A stretch of DNA of 64,000 nt from the sequence record OQ411014.1; one strand, 5' to 3'. Positions 46,469-58,448 of this stretch are shown piece by piece. The stretch's first letter is position 1. The number at the start of each line of letters is the position of its first letter. The position numbers were made by a program, and so were the translations under genes. The notes under the pieces are model-generated. The model was not told where the DNA came from. It did no database searches and was given only the letters and a program-made list of their open reading frames with translations.

Positions 46469-46557
46469 AGTACTTTTACAGTACTGAAGTTTCAATACAA
46501 TACTAGAGATGCACTATAATGGTGTCATCTCTTTTCTTTTATATAAAGGAGTTATAT

Positions 46558-47202
46558 ATGGCACGGAAGATTGTAGCTATCAATGGGACAATTGGTTCAG
46601 GTAAGGACACATTTAGTGAAGAGTTTATTCAAGCTGGGTGGCATCGAATGTCATTTGCTTCTACACTAAAGGATGCTGTAGCAGTTATCTTTGGTTGGGA
46701 TCGTGAAATGTTAGAAGGTAATACTAAGGAAGCCCGTGTAATTCGTGAAACACGCGATGAGTACTGGAGTGTAAAACTCGGTCGTGAAGTTACTCCACGC
46801 TGGGTACTTCAAAACTTCGGTACTGATGTTGTTCGTACTCATTTTCATGATAATACGTGGGTATTTTCATTAGAAAACCAGATGCGTAAAATTGAAGGTA
46901 ATATTATTATTACTGACTGTCGTTTCCCGAATGAAATTCAGATGCTTCAAGAGAACGATGCAGTACTAATTGAAGTTCAACGTAACACTCCAGAATGGTA
47001 TGGTAAAGCATATGCATACAATTCAATTATAGATTCTGGTGCTTCTGCTGAAATACCTTCAGTACTGCAAGATATTCATCGTTCTGAATGGGCGTGGATT
47101 GGTCGTAATAAGAACAGAATTTTAGTAGAGAATAGTGGTACAATTGAAGAGCTACATAAGCAAGCTAGTTGGATTCGTCACGGTATAGAGGACTCTAAGT
47201 AG
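46558..47202 (+). CDS. Deoxynucleoside monophosphate kinase (T4 gp1-like)
   Basis: GTIGSGKDT, SFASTLKD, TPRWVLQNFGTD, ITDCRFPNE. Confidence 0.9.
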   Translation: MARKIVAINGTIGSGKDTFSEEFIQAGWHRMSFASTLKDAVAVIFGWDREMLEGNTKEARVIRETRDEYWSVKLGREVTPRWVLQNFGTDVVRTHFHDNTWVFSLENQMRKIEGNIIITDCRFPNEIQMLQENDAVLIEVQRNTPEWYGKAYAYNSIIDSGASAEIPSVLQDIHRSEWAWIGRNKNRILVENSGTIEELHKQASWIRHGIEDSK

Positions 47203-47234
47203 TCCCTTTCAGTACATTAGATTTAATCCTCCAA

Positions 47235-47240
47235 TAAATA
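47235..47240 (+). promoter_or_regulatory. Late promoter motif upstream of the tail sheath gene
   Basis: AATAAATAAC. Confidence 0.6.
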
Positions 47241-47285
47241 ACATTATACGAATATTCTATAATACCAATTTTTTGGAGGATTAAA

Positions 47286-49931
47286 ATGGCTGATCTATTA
47301 TCACCAGGTGTAAGTGTAACAGTCACTGATGAGTCAATGAGCGGTGCTTCTGCTCCAGGGACTGTCCCACTTATCATCATTGCAACTGCACAAGACAAAT
47401 TGGTTCCAGGCAGCACATCTGTTGCACCAGGGACTCTCAAAGCGAACGCTGGTAAACTACAGCTACTAACTTCACAAAAAAATGCCCTTGACGTATTCGG
47501 GACACCTATTTTTCAGAAACATTTAGGTTCAGTAGTTCAAGGCGACGAATTAAACGAATACGGCTTACATGCTGCTTATTCATATTTGGGAATTGCAAAC
47601 CGTGCTTATGTAGTACGTGCTGACATCGACCTAGCACAGCTAGCACCAACTGGTACTGCACCAACTGGCCCTGTTACCAACGGTAAACTATGGTTAGATA
47701 CTACTGCAAGTCAAGTTGAAGCATATGTTGCTAAGAAAGATGACCCACAATCATTCTACGACTGGCAACTAAAACCAGTACGCATCGTTAGTGCGGCTGA
47801 TATTGCTGATGTTGATACTATTGGTCTAAACGTTGATGACCTAGTACTACGTTACAACCCAGCGAATGGTCAACTACTAATGTACAAATTTTCTGCTGCT
47901 GGTCTAGTTCAAGTTGAAACTTACCTATCACCAATCAACAAAGTACCATCAGGTATTGAATACAATGAAGGTGATATTTGGATTCGTGATGGTTTCACTA
48001 AATCTGGTTCTAACTACTTCGGTACTCGTTTTGTTATTAAACGTTATGCTTCTCTAACTCGCGTATGGCAGAATGTTGATACCTTTACTGGTACAAGTTT
48101 CTATGAAATTGAATCTAAAACTGGTGTAATGTCGTCTTCTTACATCACTGCACTATTCGATTATGATAGTAATAGTTTCTCCTTCTATATGCAACGTGCT
48201 TCATTACCTACCGTTACCGCTGGTGCAGTTCCAGTTGGTCAATCTTCGGTAAACACTGCTGCTGTTGATGGTTTCTTAACTGTTAATTATCTAAATAAAT
48301 CCGTTAAAGTACTAGCAGTACTACAAGGTCAACTAATTAATGCTGCTGTTATCATTGAAAATTTGAATAAGAGTTCAGTACTAATTAACGCAGGTTTCAC
48401 ATTCACTGGAACACAAGATGTTGTCATTACTAACCGTAATGGATATAGTTTTAAAGTGAGTCAATCAGACGAAGTGATTTTTAGCCAACAAGAACTCAAG
48501 AAACTAACTCAAGATAGCAGTAACTATGCACTAGTTAACGTTAACAACCTAGTAACTTCAGCAACCGAACCACGTGCTGTTGCACCAGAAGGTACTTACT
48601 GGTATGACTTTAGTAACTCTGACAATCTTGAAGTAACTCTTTATACTGCTAATACCAGTACTGAAGATTGGGATCTAGTAATTGCTAGTGACAAGTACAT
48701 CCAAGTTGATGAACCTGCTGCTGACCGTTCTTTCTGGGTTCTACCACTATCTCAAGGTATTGATGGTTATGAGTTCTATCGTAACGTAAATGGTGAGTGG
48801 ATTAAACTAGATCCAGCAGACCAAAGTACTCTAAACGGTATGATTTACGAAGACTTCAATGACGAAGTACCAAGTGCTAACCTATACCAAAACGGTATGC
48901 TTGCAATTGACCTAGGCAATACTGAAGGTGTTGTTAAACAAATGGTTAATGGTAAGTGGGTAGTAGTAAGTGGTGTTGCTATTGATGGTTCTGGTCTATT
49001 TGGTCGTCATGCACAACGTCAAATGATTGTTGAAGCTATGGCATCTGTTATCGTTAGCAACGAAGCGATTCGTTCTGAGACTGTCGATTTCAACCTAGCG
49101 GTTGCTCCTGGTTATGTTGAACTACTAGATGAACTAGTAACTCTAAACACTGACCGTAAAGAAACATCTTTCTTGATTACTGATGTTCCAGCACGTTTGA
49201 AACCTTCCAGTACTGACGTACAAGAATGGGCTACTAACGCTAACAACGCTCCAAGTAACGGTGATATCGGTCGTGTAACTGCATACGATTACGCTGCACA
49301 ATACATGGGTTGGTGCTTAGGTACTAACGTTGATGGTGAAGAAGTTGCTATTCCTGGTTCTTCTGTTGCACTACGTACCTATGCGTACAGTGACAGTGTT
49401 TCTTATGTATGGTATCCACCAGCAGGTACTGCACGTGGTGTTGTTTCCAACGCTGCTTCAGTAGGCTTCATCAATGATGAAGGCGAATATGAGCCAGTAG
49501 TTTACAACCAAGGCCAACGTGATATCATGTATATCAACAAGATTAACCCGATTGCAATGCGTCCAAACCGTGGTCTACTAGTTTATGGTGATAAGACACT
49601 AACTGCGAACGAAACTTCAGCACTAGCGAACGTAAACGTAGCACGTCTAATCGTATACATTCGTCGTCAACTAGACATTCTTGCTGAACCATTCCTATTC
49701 CGTCTAAACACCCCAAGTACTCGTCAGGAGTTCGCTGGTGTAGTGAACAGCTTCCTAGCAGAAATCGTTCAACTAAATGGCCTATACGACTTTACTGTTG
49801 TGTGTGATGAATCAAACAACACCCCAACTCGTATTGACCGTACTGAACTATGGATGGATATTGCGATTCAACCAACTCGTACAATTAACTACATTTATGT
49901 ACCAATTCGTATCGAGAAAACTCAAGCATAA
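47286..49931 (+). CDS. Contractile tail sheath protein (T4 gp18-like)
   Basis: LLSPGVSVTVTDES, WYPPAGTARG, KINPI, YGDKT, NVARL, VCDESNNTPTRID, IQPTRTINYI. Confidence 0.93.
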   Translation: MADLLSPGVSVTVTDESMSGASAPGTVPLIIIATAQDKLVPGSTSVAPGTLKANAGKLQLLTSQKNALDVFGTPIFQKHLGSVVQGDELNEYGLHAAYSYLGIANRAYVVRADIDLAQLAPTGTAPTGPVTNGKLWLDTTASQVEAYVAKKDDPQSFYDWQLKPVRIVSAADIADVDTIGLNVDDLVLRYNPANGQLLMYKFSAAGLVQVETYLSPINKVPSGIEYNEGDIWIRDGFTKSGSNYFGTRFVIKRYASLTRVWQNVDTFTGTSFYEIESKTGVMSSSYITALFDYDSNSFSFYMQRASLPTVTAGAVPVGQSSVNTAAVDGFLTVNYLNKSVKVLAVLQGQLINAAVIIENLNKSSVLINAGFTFTGTQDVVITNRNGYSFKVSQSDEVIFSQQELKKLTQDSSNYALVNVNNLVTSATEPRAVAPEGTYWYDFSNSDNLEVTLYTANTSTEDWDLVIASDKYIQVDEPAADRSFWVLPLSQGIDGYEFYRNVNGEWIKLDPADQSTLNGMIYEDFNDEVPSANLYQNGMLAIDLGNTEGVVKQMVNGKWVVVSGVAIDGSGLFGRHAQRQMIVEAMASVIVSNEAIRSETVDFNLAVAPGYVELLDELVTLNTDRKETSFLITDVPARLKPSSTDVQEWATNANNAPSNGDIGRVTAYDYAAQYMGWCLGTNVDGEEVAIPGSSVALRTYAYSDSVSYVWYPPAGTARGVVSNAASVGFINDEGEYEPVVYNQGQRDIMYINKINPIAMRPNRGLLVYGDKTLTANETSALANVNVARLIVYIRRQLDILAEPFLFRLNTPSTRQEFAGVVNSFLAEIVQLNGLYDFTVVCDESNNTPTRIDRTELWMDIAIQPTRTINYIYVPIRIEKTQA

Positions 49932-49944
49932 TTTGTGAAATAAT

Positions 49945-49975
49945 AAAGGGAACCTTATGGTTCCCTTTTTCTTTT
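49945..49975 (+). terminator. Rho-independent terminator
   Basis: AAAGGGAACC-ttat-GGTTCCCTTT plus T run. Confidence 0.85.
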
Positions 49976-50006
49976 CTAGTAACTACATTATGTGATAATT
50001 TTCTGA

Positions 50007-50012
50007 TAAATA
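50007..50012 (+). promoter_or_regulatory. Late promoter motif upstream of the tail tube gene
   Basis: GATAAATA. Confidence 0.55.
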
Positions 50013-50051
50013 TATTAAAGATAATTTTCCTTGTGAATTGGAGATCAATAC

Positions 50052-50741
50052 ATGGCAAATATGATAGATAAATATGGAGTCCCACTTCCTGGTGGTGGTC
50101 GCATTTCCATGAAGCAACCTAAAGCGAAATATAAGTTTCGTGTTATCTTCTTTGGCTTTGGTGTCGGGGATGATGGCAACTACATTACTGTAGATACAAA
50201 TACTGTTGGTGCAGTTCATGTGGAACACGAAGATGTAACCGTACATAGCTATAACAGTTCTGCACACTATAAAGGTAAGTACACTTGGAGTCCAATCGAA
50301 GTTGCTTTTCGTGATAGCGTTGGTAACATGAGTGCGAAAGCAGTTTACAACCAAATGCGTAAAGAATTTAACTACTACACCCAAGAATCCCGTATGACTG
50401 ACTCACAGTTCAAGTTCGAAATGTGGATTCAAGAGCTAGACGGTTCTAACAGTGAATCCACTACCAACCTATTCGAAGGTACTCTAAGTACTTGGGTATG
50501 TCAGGGTTGCTTTATTTCTGACTCTAACTTCGGTGAATGGGATTACTCCAGCAGTGATGCACAAGTAATCACCATGACTGTACGACCAGATGGTTGTGCA
50601 AAACTAGGTCCAGAAGGTCAACCATTCGGTGATGAAGTTTCCGGTAACGGTACTCCAGAAAACGCTACTAGTATTAGTGGTGCACAAACTGCAATTTCAA
50701 GTACTTCTATTACTGATAGTAACTTCTACAACGAACAATAA
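50052..50741 (+). CDS. Tail tube protein (T4 gp19-like)
   Basis: Follows the sheath gene; QPKAKYKFRV, GK..WSPI...RD, GCFI..NFGEWDYSSSD. Confidence 0.8.
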   Translation: MANMIDKYGVPLPGGGRISMKQPKAKYKFRVIFFGFGVGDDGNYITVDTNTVGAVHVEHEDVTVHSYNSSAHYKGKYTWSPIEVAFRDSVGNMSAKAVYNQMRKEFNYYTQESRMTDSQFKFEMWIQELDGSNSESTTNLFEGTLSTWVCQGCFISDSNFGEWDYSSSDAQVITMTVRPDGCAKLGPEGQPFGDEVSGNGTPENATSISGAQTAISSTSITDSNFYNEQ

Positions 50742-50766
50742 TAATAAAAGTACTTTTCAGTACTAC

Positions 50767-50810
50767 AAAAGCCTTGGAAAAACATTCCGAGGCTTTTTTT
50801 ATGCTAAATA
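50767..50810 (+). terminator. Terminator followed by late promoter motif
   Basis: AAAAGCCTTGGAA...TTCCGAGGCTTTT; TAAATA at 50805. Confidence 0.7.
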
Positions 50811-50846
50811 AATGATAATATGTTTTTTACAGATAGAGGTTACTTT

Positions 50847-51620
50847 ATGGCAAATATGTTAGACAAATACGGTGTACCGCTACCTAGTGGAGCTAACCGT
50901 ACAATGCTCCAGCCAAAAGCAAAGTATAAATTCAGAGTAATTGTATACAATTTCGGTACTGAGATTGATGAACGTGATCACATCGCACTGGACGTTGATG
51001 CAGTAGATAGACCAAGCATTACATTCAAAACACATAAGGTGTTTCAGTTCACCACGAACTCATCCTATGTTGGTAGCCACGACTGGAACCCAATTAAATT
51101 AACAATTCGTGATTCTATTGGTAACAAAAGTACTAAAGCGATTTCACGTCAATTACAAAAACAACTTGACTTTCAACGTAGGATTACGGCAAAATCAGAA
51201 CAGGATTATTCAGGCTATAAGTTCGGCATGATTATCCAAATGCTAAATGGTAGAAATAGTGATGATTCTCTTGACAATCTAGGAAGAGACACTATAATTG
51301 ATGCTGCAACTGCTGCAACCAATAATGGTGGTTTAGTTAACGCTGTGGATCAATTCCTAGGTGGAAGCAACTACAACAGTGCTGGAGTTATGGAGTACTT
51401 TGTATGTACTGGTTGTATCATAACTGATACCGACTATGATTCACTGGACTACTCTTCAAGTGCACCATTGAAAATATCCCTTACTATTAAGCCGGATACT
51501 GTACATCAATTTGATTCAATTGAGGAAATGTATAAAACCCGCATATCTTCTTTACTACCAGATGGTGTGAATCAGGGTCTTGATATACTTGATCGCATAA
51601 TCGGTTCAGTAGGTTTATAA
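50847..51620 (+). CDS. Second tail tube-like protein
   Basis: Paralog of 50052-50741 (MANM.DKYGVPLP, QPKAKYKFRVI, GC.I...DYSSS). Confidence 0.72.
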   Translation: MANMLDKYGVPLPSGANRTMLQPKAKYKFRVIVYNFGTEIDERDHIALDVDAVDRPSITFKTHKVFQFTTNSSYVGSHDWNPIKLTIRDSIGNKSTKAISRQLQKQLDFQRRITAKSEQDYSGYKFGMIIQMLNGRNSDDSLDNLGRDTIIDAATAATNNGGLVNAVDQFLGGSNYNSAGVMEYFVCTGCIITDTDYDSLDYSSSAPLKISLTIKPDTVHQFDSIEEMYKTRISSLLPDGVNQGLDILDRIIGSVGL

Positions 51621-51630
51621 GGAGAATAAT

Positions 51631-53739
<2,109 letters not shown>

Positions 53740-53764
53740 ATGAAACTACTGTTATGGAGTTATT

Positions 53765-54304
53765 ATGAATAATCTACAGAAAATTTTAACAGACAGCTTA
53801 CCAGTACTGGAATACCGCATTAAATTTGCGGTAGAGCCGTCTAAAGAGGATTTGAGTAAAATCCACAATCGCTTGAACGACCGATATGATGCAATTGAGA
53901 TTTCCCCTCTAATGAAATCAATCTTCCAAACACGCCCACTTGAGTTTTATGAACTCGATTGTGGTGAAATTTGGTGGTTAGATTTCAAATGTAATCGTGG
54001 TGTTCAACCTGAAGTACTACTATATGAAATCGGCAATATGCTCAAATGGTCTGAAGCACTATTACGTGTTCGTGGTAAATATGAGCCTATTGAAATCGAA
54101 GATGTACTGGACGATTCTGAAGAATTGGATTTTGATGAAATCGAACCAGTGATTGGTCAGCCATTTGGTGAACCCTTTGAGCCTGAAGCACAGGACATTG
54201 CGGGTCAACAACGTGCTGATGACGCAGTAAAAAATGCAAAAGAACGTTTAGGTAGATCACAGTACAGTAATTATATGTCTGCTGGTTATGGGAAAAAAGG
54301 ATAA
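53765..54304 (+). CDS. Hypothetical protein, late module
   Basis: TAAATA at 53733; SD GGAG. Confidence 0.7.
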   Translation: MNNLQKILTDSLPVLEYRIKFAVEPSKEDLSKIHNRLNDRYDAIEISPLMKSIFQTRPLEFYELDCGEIWWLDFKCNRGVQPEVLLYEIGNMLKWSEALLRVRGKYEPIEIEDVLDDSEELDFDEIEPVIGQPFGEPFEPEAQDIAGQQRADDAVKNAKERLGRSQYSNYMSAGYGKKG

Positions 54305-54307
54305 TAT

Positions 54308-54865
54308 ATGAGTATGTTACACGAACTATTTGAAGATGCCGAACCACTGAATGAGCGTCCTTATTCACGCACTCAATCAGCAATTGACTCCGCTAAGGGT
54401 GGAGTCAAGGGTATGTTCGGCTCCGGTCAAGTTGAGCAAGGAGCACGTGAAGCTGGTGATGTTGCTAACCGTCTATGGGTTGATTTCAAACGTATGATTG
54501 GTCGCAAATACGGAAAAGCTCAATCATCAGTACCTTTTGCTGATGTAGAAGCATTTTTCAAAACTAACCAACTAGATACCAAAGGTCTAGGTTCTAATGC
54601 TAATCGTACATTCACCCCTAAAGATGTAGGTAATGCACTATTAGCAGCAGCACGTGAGCAAGTCACTGCTGAGTATCGTCAATCACCTCCAGAACAAGCC
54701 CCTAACGCACCACAGGCGGCTCCTGCACAGGCACAAAGCGATTCTGAATCAGCACCAGTACCACCACAATCTAACCCCGCAGGACAAGCTGTAGACGGCT
54801 TAGAAGCTAAGATTGCATCACTTTCTAAAGCAGAACGTGACCAATTACTAGCAATGCTAGGGTAA
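54308..54865 (+). CDS. Probable internal head protein
   Basis: N-terminal LFE/LNE motifs; Pro/Ala/Gln linker. Confidence 0.5.
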   Translation: MSMLHELFEDAEPLNERPYSRTQSAIDSAKGGVKGMFGSGQVEQGAREAGDVANRLWVDFKRMIGRKYGKAQSSVPFADVEAFFKTNQLDTKGLGSNANRTFTPKDVGNALLAAAREQVTAEYRQSPPEQAPNAPQAAPAQAQSDSESAPVPPQSNPAGQAVDGLEAKIASLSKAERDQLLAMLG

Positions 54866-54879
54866 TAGGAGAATAAACC

Positions 54880-56358
54880 ATGATCAATATTTTCGGTACT
54901 AATAATGTAGTACCTAACGGCTACATTTATAAGACACACAAAGGTTCCGAATACATTTTTCTAGAAGGATTCTGGTTCAACCATTCTAATCTAAAGATGG
55001 TTGACCCAGCCAAAACTACTAAAATGAATGAGGCAGCATCCGCACAAATCTTGAAACATAATAGTACTGGGAAGCAAATGATTGGTGAATCTTTTTCCTT
55101 TACTGGTAATGATTATGTATACTTAGGTGAAGGTCGATTCACTGAAAACGGCGTTATAGTCGAATCTTCAGTACTGACTGAACTTATGGCAGATGATGAT
55201 CGCGTATATAAGGTATCCCGTGAAACCCTAAACAAAGAATGGGCTACATTGAACTTCTATATCCTTCCACCACACGCAGAAGATGTTTCTATCCCTGCTG
55301 GTCTTGAAGTTGAAGGGTTCAAATTCGTTCCTAAAGGACAACGTTTCATTGATATGCAAACTGGTCGGCCTGCATCCCCTGAAATGACCCGTAAATTACA
55401 TGCTGCTGGTATGCGTTTAGCGAGACAACAAGCAACATCCAACCAACTAGTTCCAATCAACTCAACTCTAAAGATGGGTAATGCTGTTGCTACTTGGAAT
55501 GGTAAAGATTTTTGTGATAATGATGGCAACGTTGTAGTACCAGCAGCACAAGCATCTAATATTTTCTCCAAATATAAGCAATTTGTACACGCAAACCCTA
55601 ATGATTTCCAGAGTTTAGTACAAGACACTAGCAAAGAACAACGTTTTGGTGTTGGTGAAAAGCCTGTTCAGAAACAACCTGTTACTGAAGCTGATGAAGA
55701 AGGTAAAGGTTTAGTTGTTCCTGACGGATATACTATTGTTTCTAAGTCACAAATCCCGTATTATAAAAAGAATGGTGAGTGGATTTCTACTAAAACTAAG
55801 AAACCAATCAACTCATCTGCTGCTAAGAGTGTTGAACGTGCTGCACAAGTCCGTATTGCTGAATACAACAAGTCCGCACCAGTGAAAATTGGTGAAGAAT
55901 GGACTTCAAGTAAAGGTAAAACTTATACTTATGTAGGTGATGACCGATTTATCAGTACTGATGGAAAGCTAATCCCTAAAGATTCTGCTAAAAAGATTCT
56001 TGCAAAACTCGAAGGTGAGCGTAAAGTAGATACTGATAGTCCTTTGGATACAAAAGACAAAGAGCCTAAAGTTCAAGATGCACCAAAACAAGATGCACCG
56101 AAGAGTGAACCAGAAGTTCAGAGTCAAGAAGAACCAAAACAAGATGCACCGAAGAGTGAACCAACACCTTCCAGTACTGAAAACAGTGAACTGTCATCTT
56201 TAGCTGATGCTATCAAACAACATCCTAAAGCGAGAAAGATCACAGTACTGATGACTCGCGGTGACAAGGTATCATTACTAGCAGCGGATTTGATTCTAGC
56301 TGGTAAGGAACAAGATGCTATCAAGATTTTGAAAGCATTAAATAGTAATGATGAATAA
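54880..56358 (+). CDS. Probable internal head protein with three tandem ~85-aa repeats
   Basis: Repeats near G.Y.Y..KG..Y / IGE.F...Y.Y.G..RF; KQDAPKSEP repeats. Confidence 0.55.
   Translation: MINIFGTNNVVPNGYIYKTHKGSEYIFLEGFWFNHSNLKMVDPAKTTKMNEAASAQILKHNSTGKQMIGESFSFTGNDYVYLGEGRFTENGVIVESSVLTELMADDDRVYKVSRETLNKEWATLNFYILPPHAEDVSIPAGLEVEGFKFVPKGQRFIDMQTGRPASPEMTRKLHAAGMRLARQQATSNQLVPINSTLKMGNAVATWNGKDFCDNDGNVVVPAAQASNIFSKYKQFVHANPNDFQSLVQDTSKEQRFGVGEKPVQKQPVTEADEEGKGLVVPDGYTIVSKSQIPYYKKNGEWISTKTKKPINSSAAKSVERAAQVRIAEYNKSAPVKIGEEWTSSKGKTYTYVGDDRFISTDGKLIPKDSAKKILAKLEGERKVDTDSPLDTKDKEPKVQDAPKQDAPKSEPEVQSQEEPKQDAPKSEPTPSSTENSELSSLADAIKQHPKARKITVLMTRGDKVSLLAADLILAGKEQDAIKILKALNSNDE
56082..56163 (+). 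repeat. 31-bp exact direct repeat inside a CDS
   Basis: ACCAAAACAAGATGCACCGAAGAGTGAACCA at 56082-56112 and 56133-56163. Confidence 0.9.
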
Positions 56359-56376
56359 TTTATAAGGATTTATGAA

Positions 56377-57351
56377 ATGAAAAACAAAATCAATGAAGCA
56401 TCTATCAAACTTGATGTGAACGGTCTTGAGTCATCTGACTTCGATACCTTATCCCGTATGCTTGCTCTAGCTGGTCAAGCTGAAACACAGGGTGGTAATA
56501 ACCCTGGTATGTCCGAACTACCAAAAATGAAAGCATTCGACTTTGATGCATTTGGTGGTGACGAAGCTGAAGTTGAACCAATTCCTTCTGCTGATCCATT
56601 TGGAGAGCCGGAGGCTGAACTTTCCGTCGAACCAATGGCAGAACCTGAAGTTGGTTCTGAAGAAGAACTTTCTCTTGACTTAGATGGTTCACCGTCACTA
56701 GAATCTGGTGATGAGTTCGAAGAAGATGATTTCGATTTCGGACGTATGTCTGAACTAGCTGGTCTAGGTGAAAGTGTTTCTCTAGCAACTTCAGAAGACG
56801 AAGCTGGTGAAGGTGAAGTAGAAGATGCTGATGAACTTGCCAAAGATGAAGAAGATGCAGCAGCAGAAGAACTTTCTGAAAAACTACTCCCTGACCTATC
56901 TCTAGATGAAGATGCTGAAGCACGATCTGACGATGGTGATCGTCACCACGTTGTGGATTCAAAAGAACATGGTCCATTCAGTACTGAACGTGAAGCTGTT
57001 CATGATGCAATGCGTGTAACCAATGGTACTGAATTCGAACATTTTGCTATCATCCCAGGAAAAGACGGTTATTACTGGAGACGTAACCTACAAGAAGGTT
57101 TCGATAACGAACCAGAACCAGAAGTTGTTGATATGGATGGTATTGAAAATAGTCGTCATGAATTCAAACGTGTTCCAGGAACTGCACTTGGTGATAACCC
57201 ACTAAAAGAATCTGAAGATGAAGACTCAGATAAGTGTGACAAATGCCACGAAGATCCATGTGAGTGTTCGGACGAGAAACTAGATGAAGATGTATCTGAC
57301 ATTCTAGAGAGCATCAATGCTCGCTACAATGAATACATCAAAGGTCTATAA
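56377..57351 (+). CDS. Highly acidic probable prohead core/internal protein
   Basis: Very E/D-rich; many (I/L)xE motifs. Confidence 0.55.
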   Translation: MKNKINEASIKLDVNGLESSDFDTLSRMLALAGQAETQGGNNPGMSELPKMKAFDFDAFGGDEAEVEPIPSADPFGEPEAELSVEPMAEPEVGSEEELSLDLDGSPSLESGDEFEEDDFDFGRMSELAGLGESVSLATSEDEAGEGEVEDADELAKDEEDAAAEELSEKLLPDLSLDEDAEARSDDGDRHHVVDSKEHGPFSTEREAVHDAMRVTNGTEFEHFAIIPGKDGYYWRRNLQEGFDNEPEPEVVDMDGIENSRHEFKRVPGTALGDNPLKESEDEDSDKCDKCHEDPCECSDEKLDEDVSDILESINARYNEYIKGL

Positions 57352-57352
57352 T

Positions 57353-57748
57353 ATGGATTATCGGTCATTAGTAGAATCTCTTGACAATATAATGCATGGT
57401 GAAGAGGGTTCGGATGAACTCTCTCCACAAGAATTACTAAAAGGGATTGTTCAATCACTACAGGGAATCACAAACTGTATCAGTGCTGAAGAAATCCAAG
57501 ATTATGATGCATTGATAGAAGTTTTGAAAGATGTGAAAAATATGCTTGACGAAGTTCAAGATACCCAATATAATGAACCCCATCAAGACGAGACAGTTGA
57601 AGAAGACCTTCTACCTCTTGATAGTATTGAAGGTAACGAGTTAGGTACTAAAGGTATGGGGCCAACAATCGACAGTGCTGGTAAACAGAACTACGCGAAG
57701 AAAGACGGCAAATCATACGCAGAGCGGAAAGGCTTCGTAGGTCCATAA
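57353..57748 (+). CDS. Acidic hypothetical protein
   Basis: Start moved to ATG 57353 (TAATATG). Confidence 0.65.
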   Translation: MDYRSLVESLDNIMHGEEGSDELSPQELLKGIVQSLQGITNCISAEEIQDYDALIEVLKDVKNMLDEVQDTQYNEPHQDETVEEDLLPLDSIEGNELGTKGMGPTIDSAGKQNYAKKDGKSYAERKGFVGP

Positions 57749-57749
57749 T

Positions 57750-58130
57750 ATGATGATGATACCGCCAACTGATCGTACTGACTCCCAGATGGAAGTACTT
57801 TCTAAAATACGGTCAGTACAAGTGGAAAAATCTGACTTAACCGACCGTTTAGTACTGAAGTCTATCTTTGAAAATTACAGATCCGGTTCGGGTATGAGAT
57901 TGAGTAAATTTGGTAAAGAGATGTGCATTGAGCATGAACTCTATGAGTTTGCTAAGTTTAATATCCCTAAAGGAACTAAGAAATCAGTACTGTTTATAAC
58001 GCTTGACAGATTATGCAAAGAGCCGTATTATGTAGAAGGTTTCGATGTGTTTCTGTCGGATGCACAAGTAATAACAGAACTGACATTTTGTTGTGATGAT
58101 TTTGAAAAATTGATTAAACTTTATTTGTGA
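57750..58130 (+). CDS. Hypothetical protein
   Basis: 126 aa, coupled start. Confidence 0.68.
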   Translation: MMMIPPTDRTDSQMEVLSKIRSVQVEKSDLTDRLVLKSIFENYRSGSGMRLSKFGKEMCIEHELYEFAKFNIPKGTKKSVLFITLDRLCKEPYYVEGFDVFLSDAQVITELTFCCDDFEKLIKLYL

Positions 58131-58406
58131 CAAACCAATAAAGTGTGATATAATAGTTTTACAGTTTACAAGGCACTCTGATTTAAAATAAAATAAAATC
58201 AAAAGTGCCTTCTCTTTTGCCAAAATTTATGATACACTATAAATTCTGACAAAAGCATCTCACTAAAACGAGATGAGTTAAAAAAAGATTTAAAAAAGTG
58301 GTTGACAAGGCATTAAGAAGTACGTATAATTAATCACATCAAGACGAGAACGTGATTGAACAAATGAGAAAAAGGACTTGACTCTACCAACGGATTTTGG
58401 TAAACT
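58125..58406 (+). promoter_or_regulatory. Cluster of 3-4 tandem sigma70 promoters with A-tracts
   Basis: TGTGATATAAT (-10 at 58149); TGATACACT (58230-38); TTGACA-N17-TATAAT (58302-30); TTGACT-N17-TAAACT (58378-406). Confidence 0.75.
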
Positions 58407-58448
58407 AAACAAACTTTACTTATCATCAATAAATGAGGAATCAATACT

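Noticed and set aside
3850-49975. Shared loop sequences among terminators (CC-tttat/ttat/atat-GG; similar GGGAGT..ACTCCC at 3860 and 9730)
   Set aside because: Most simply explained by AT-rich loops and local reuse; no evidence of a separate function.
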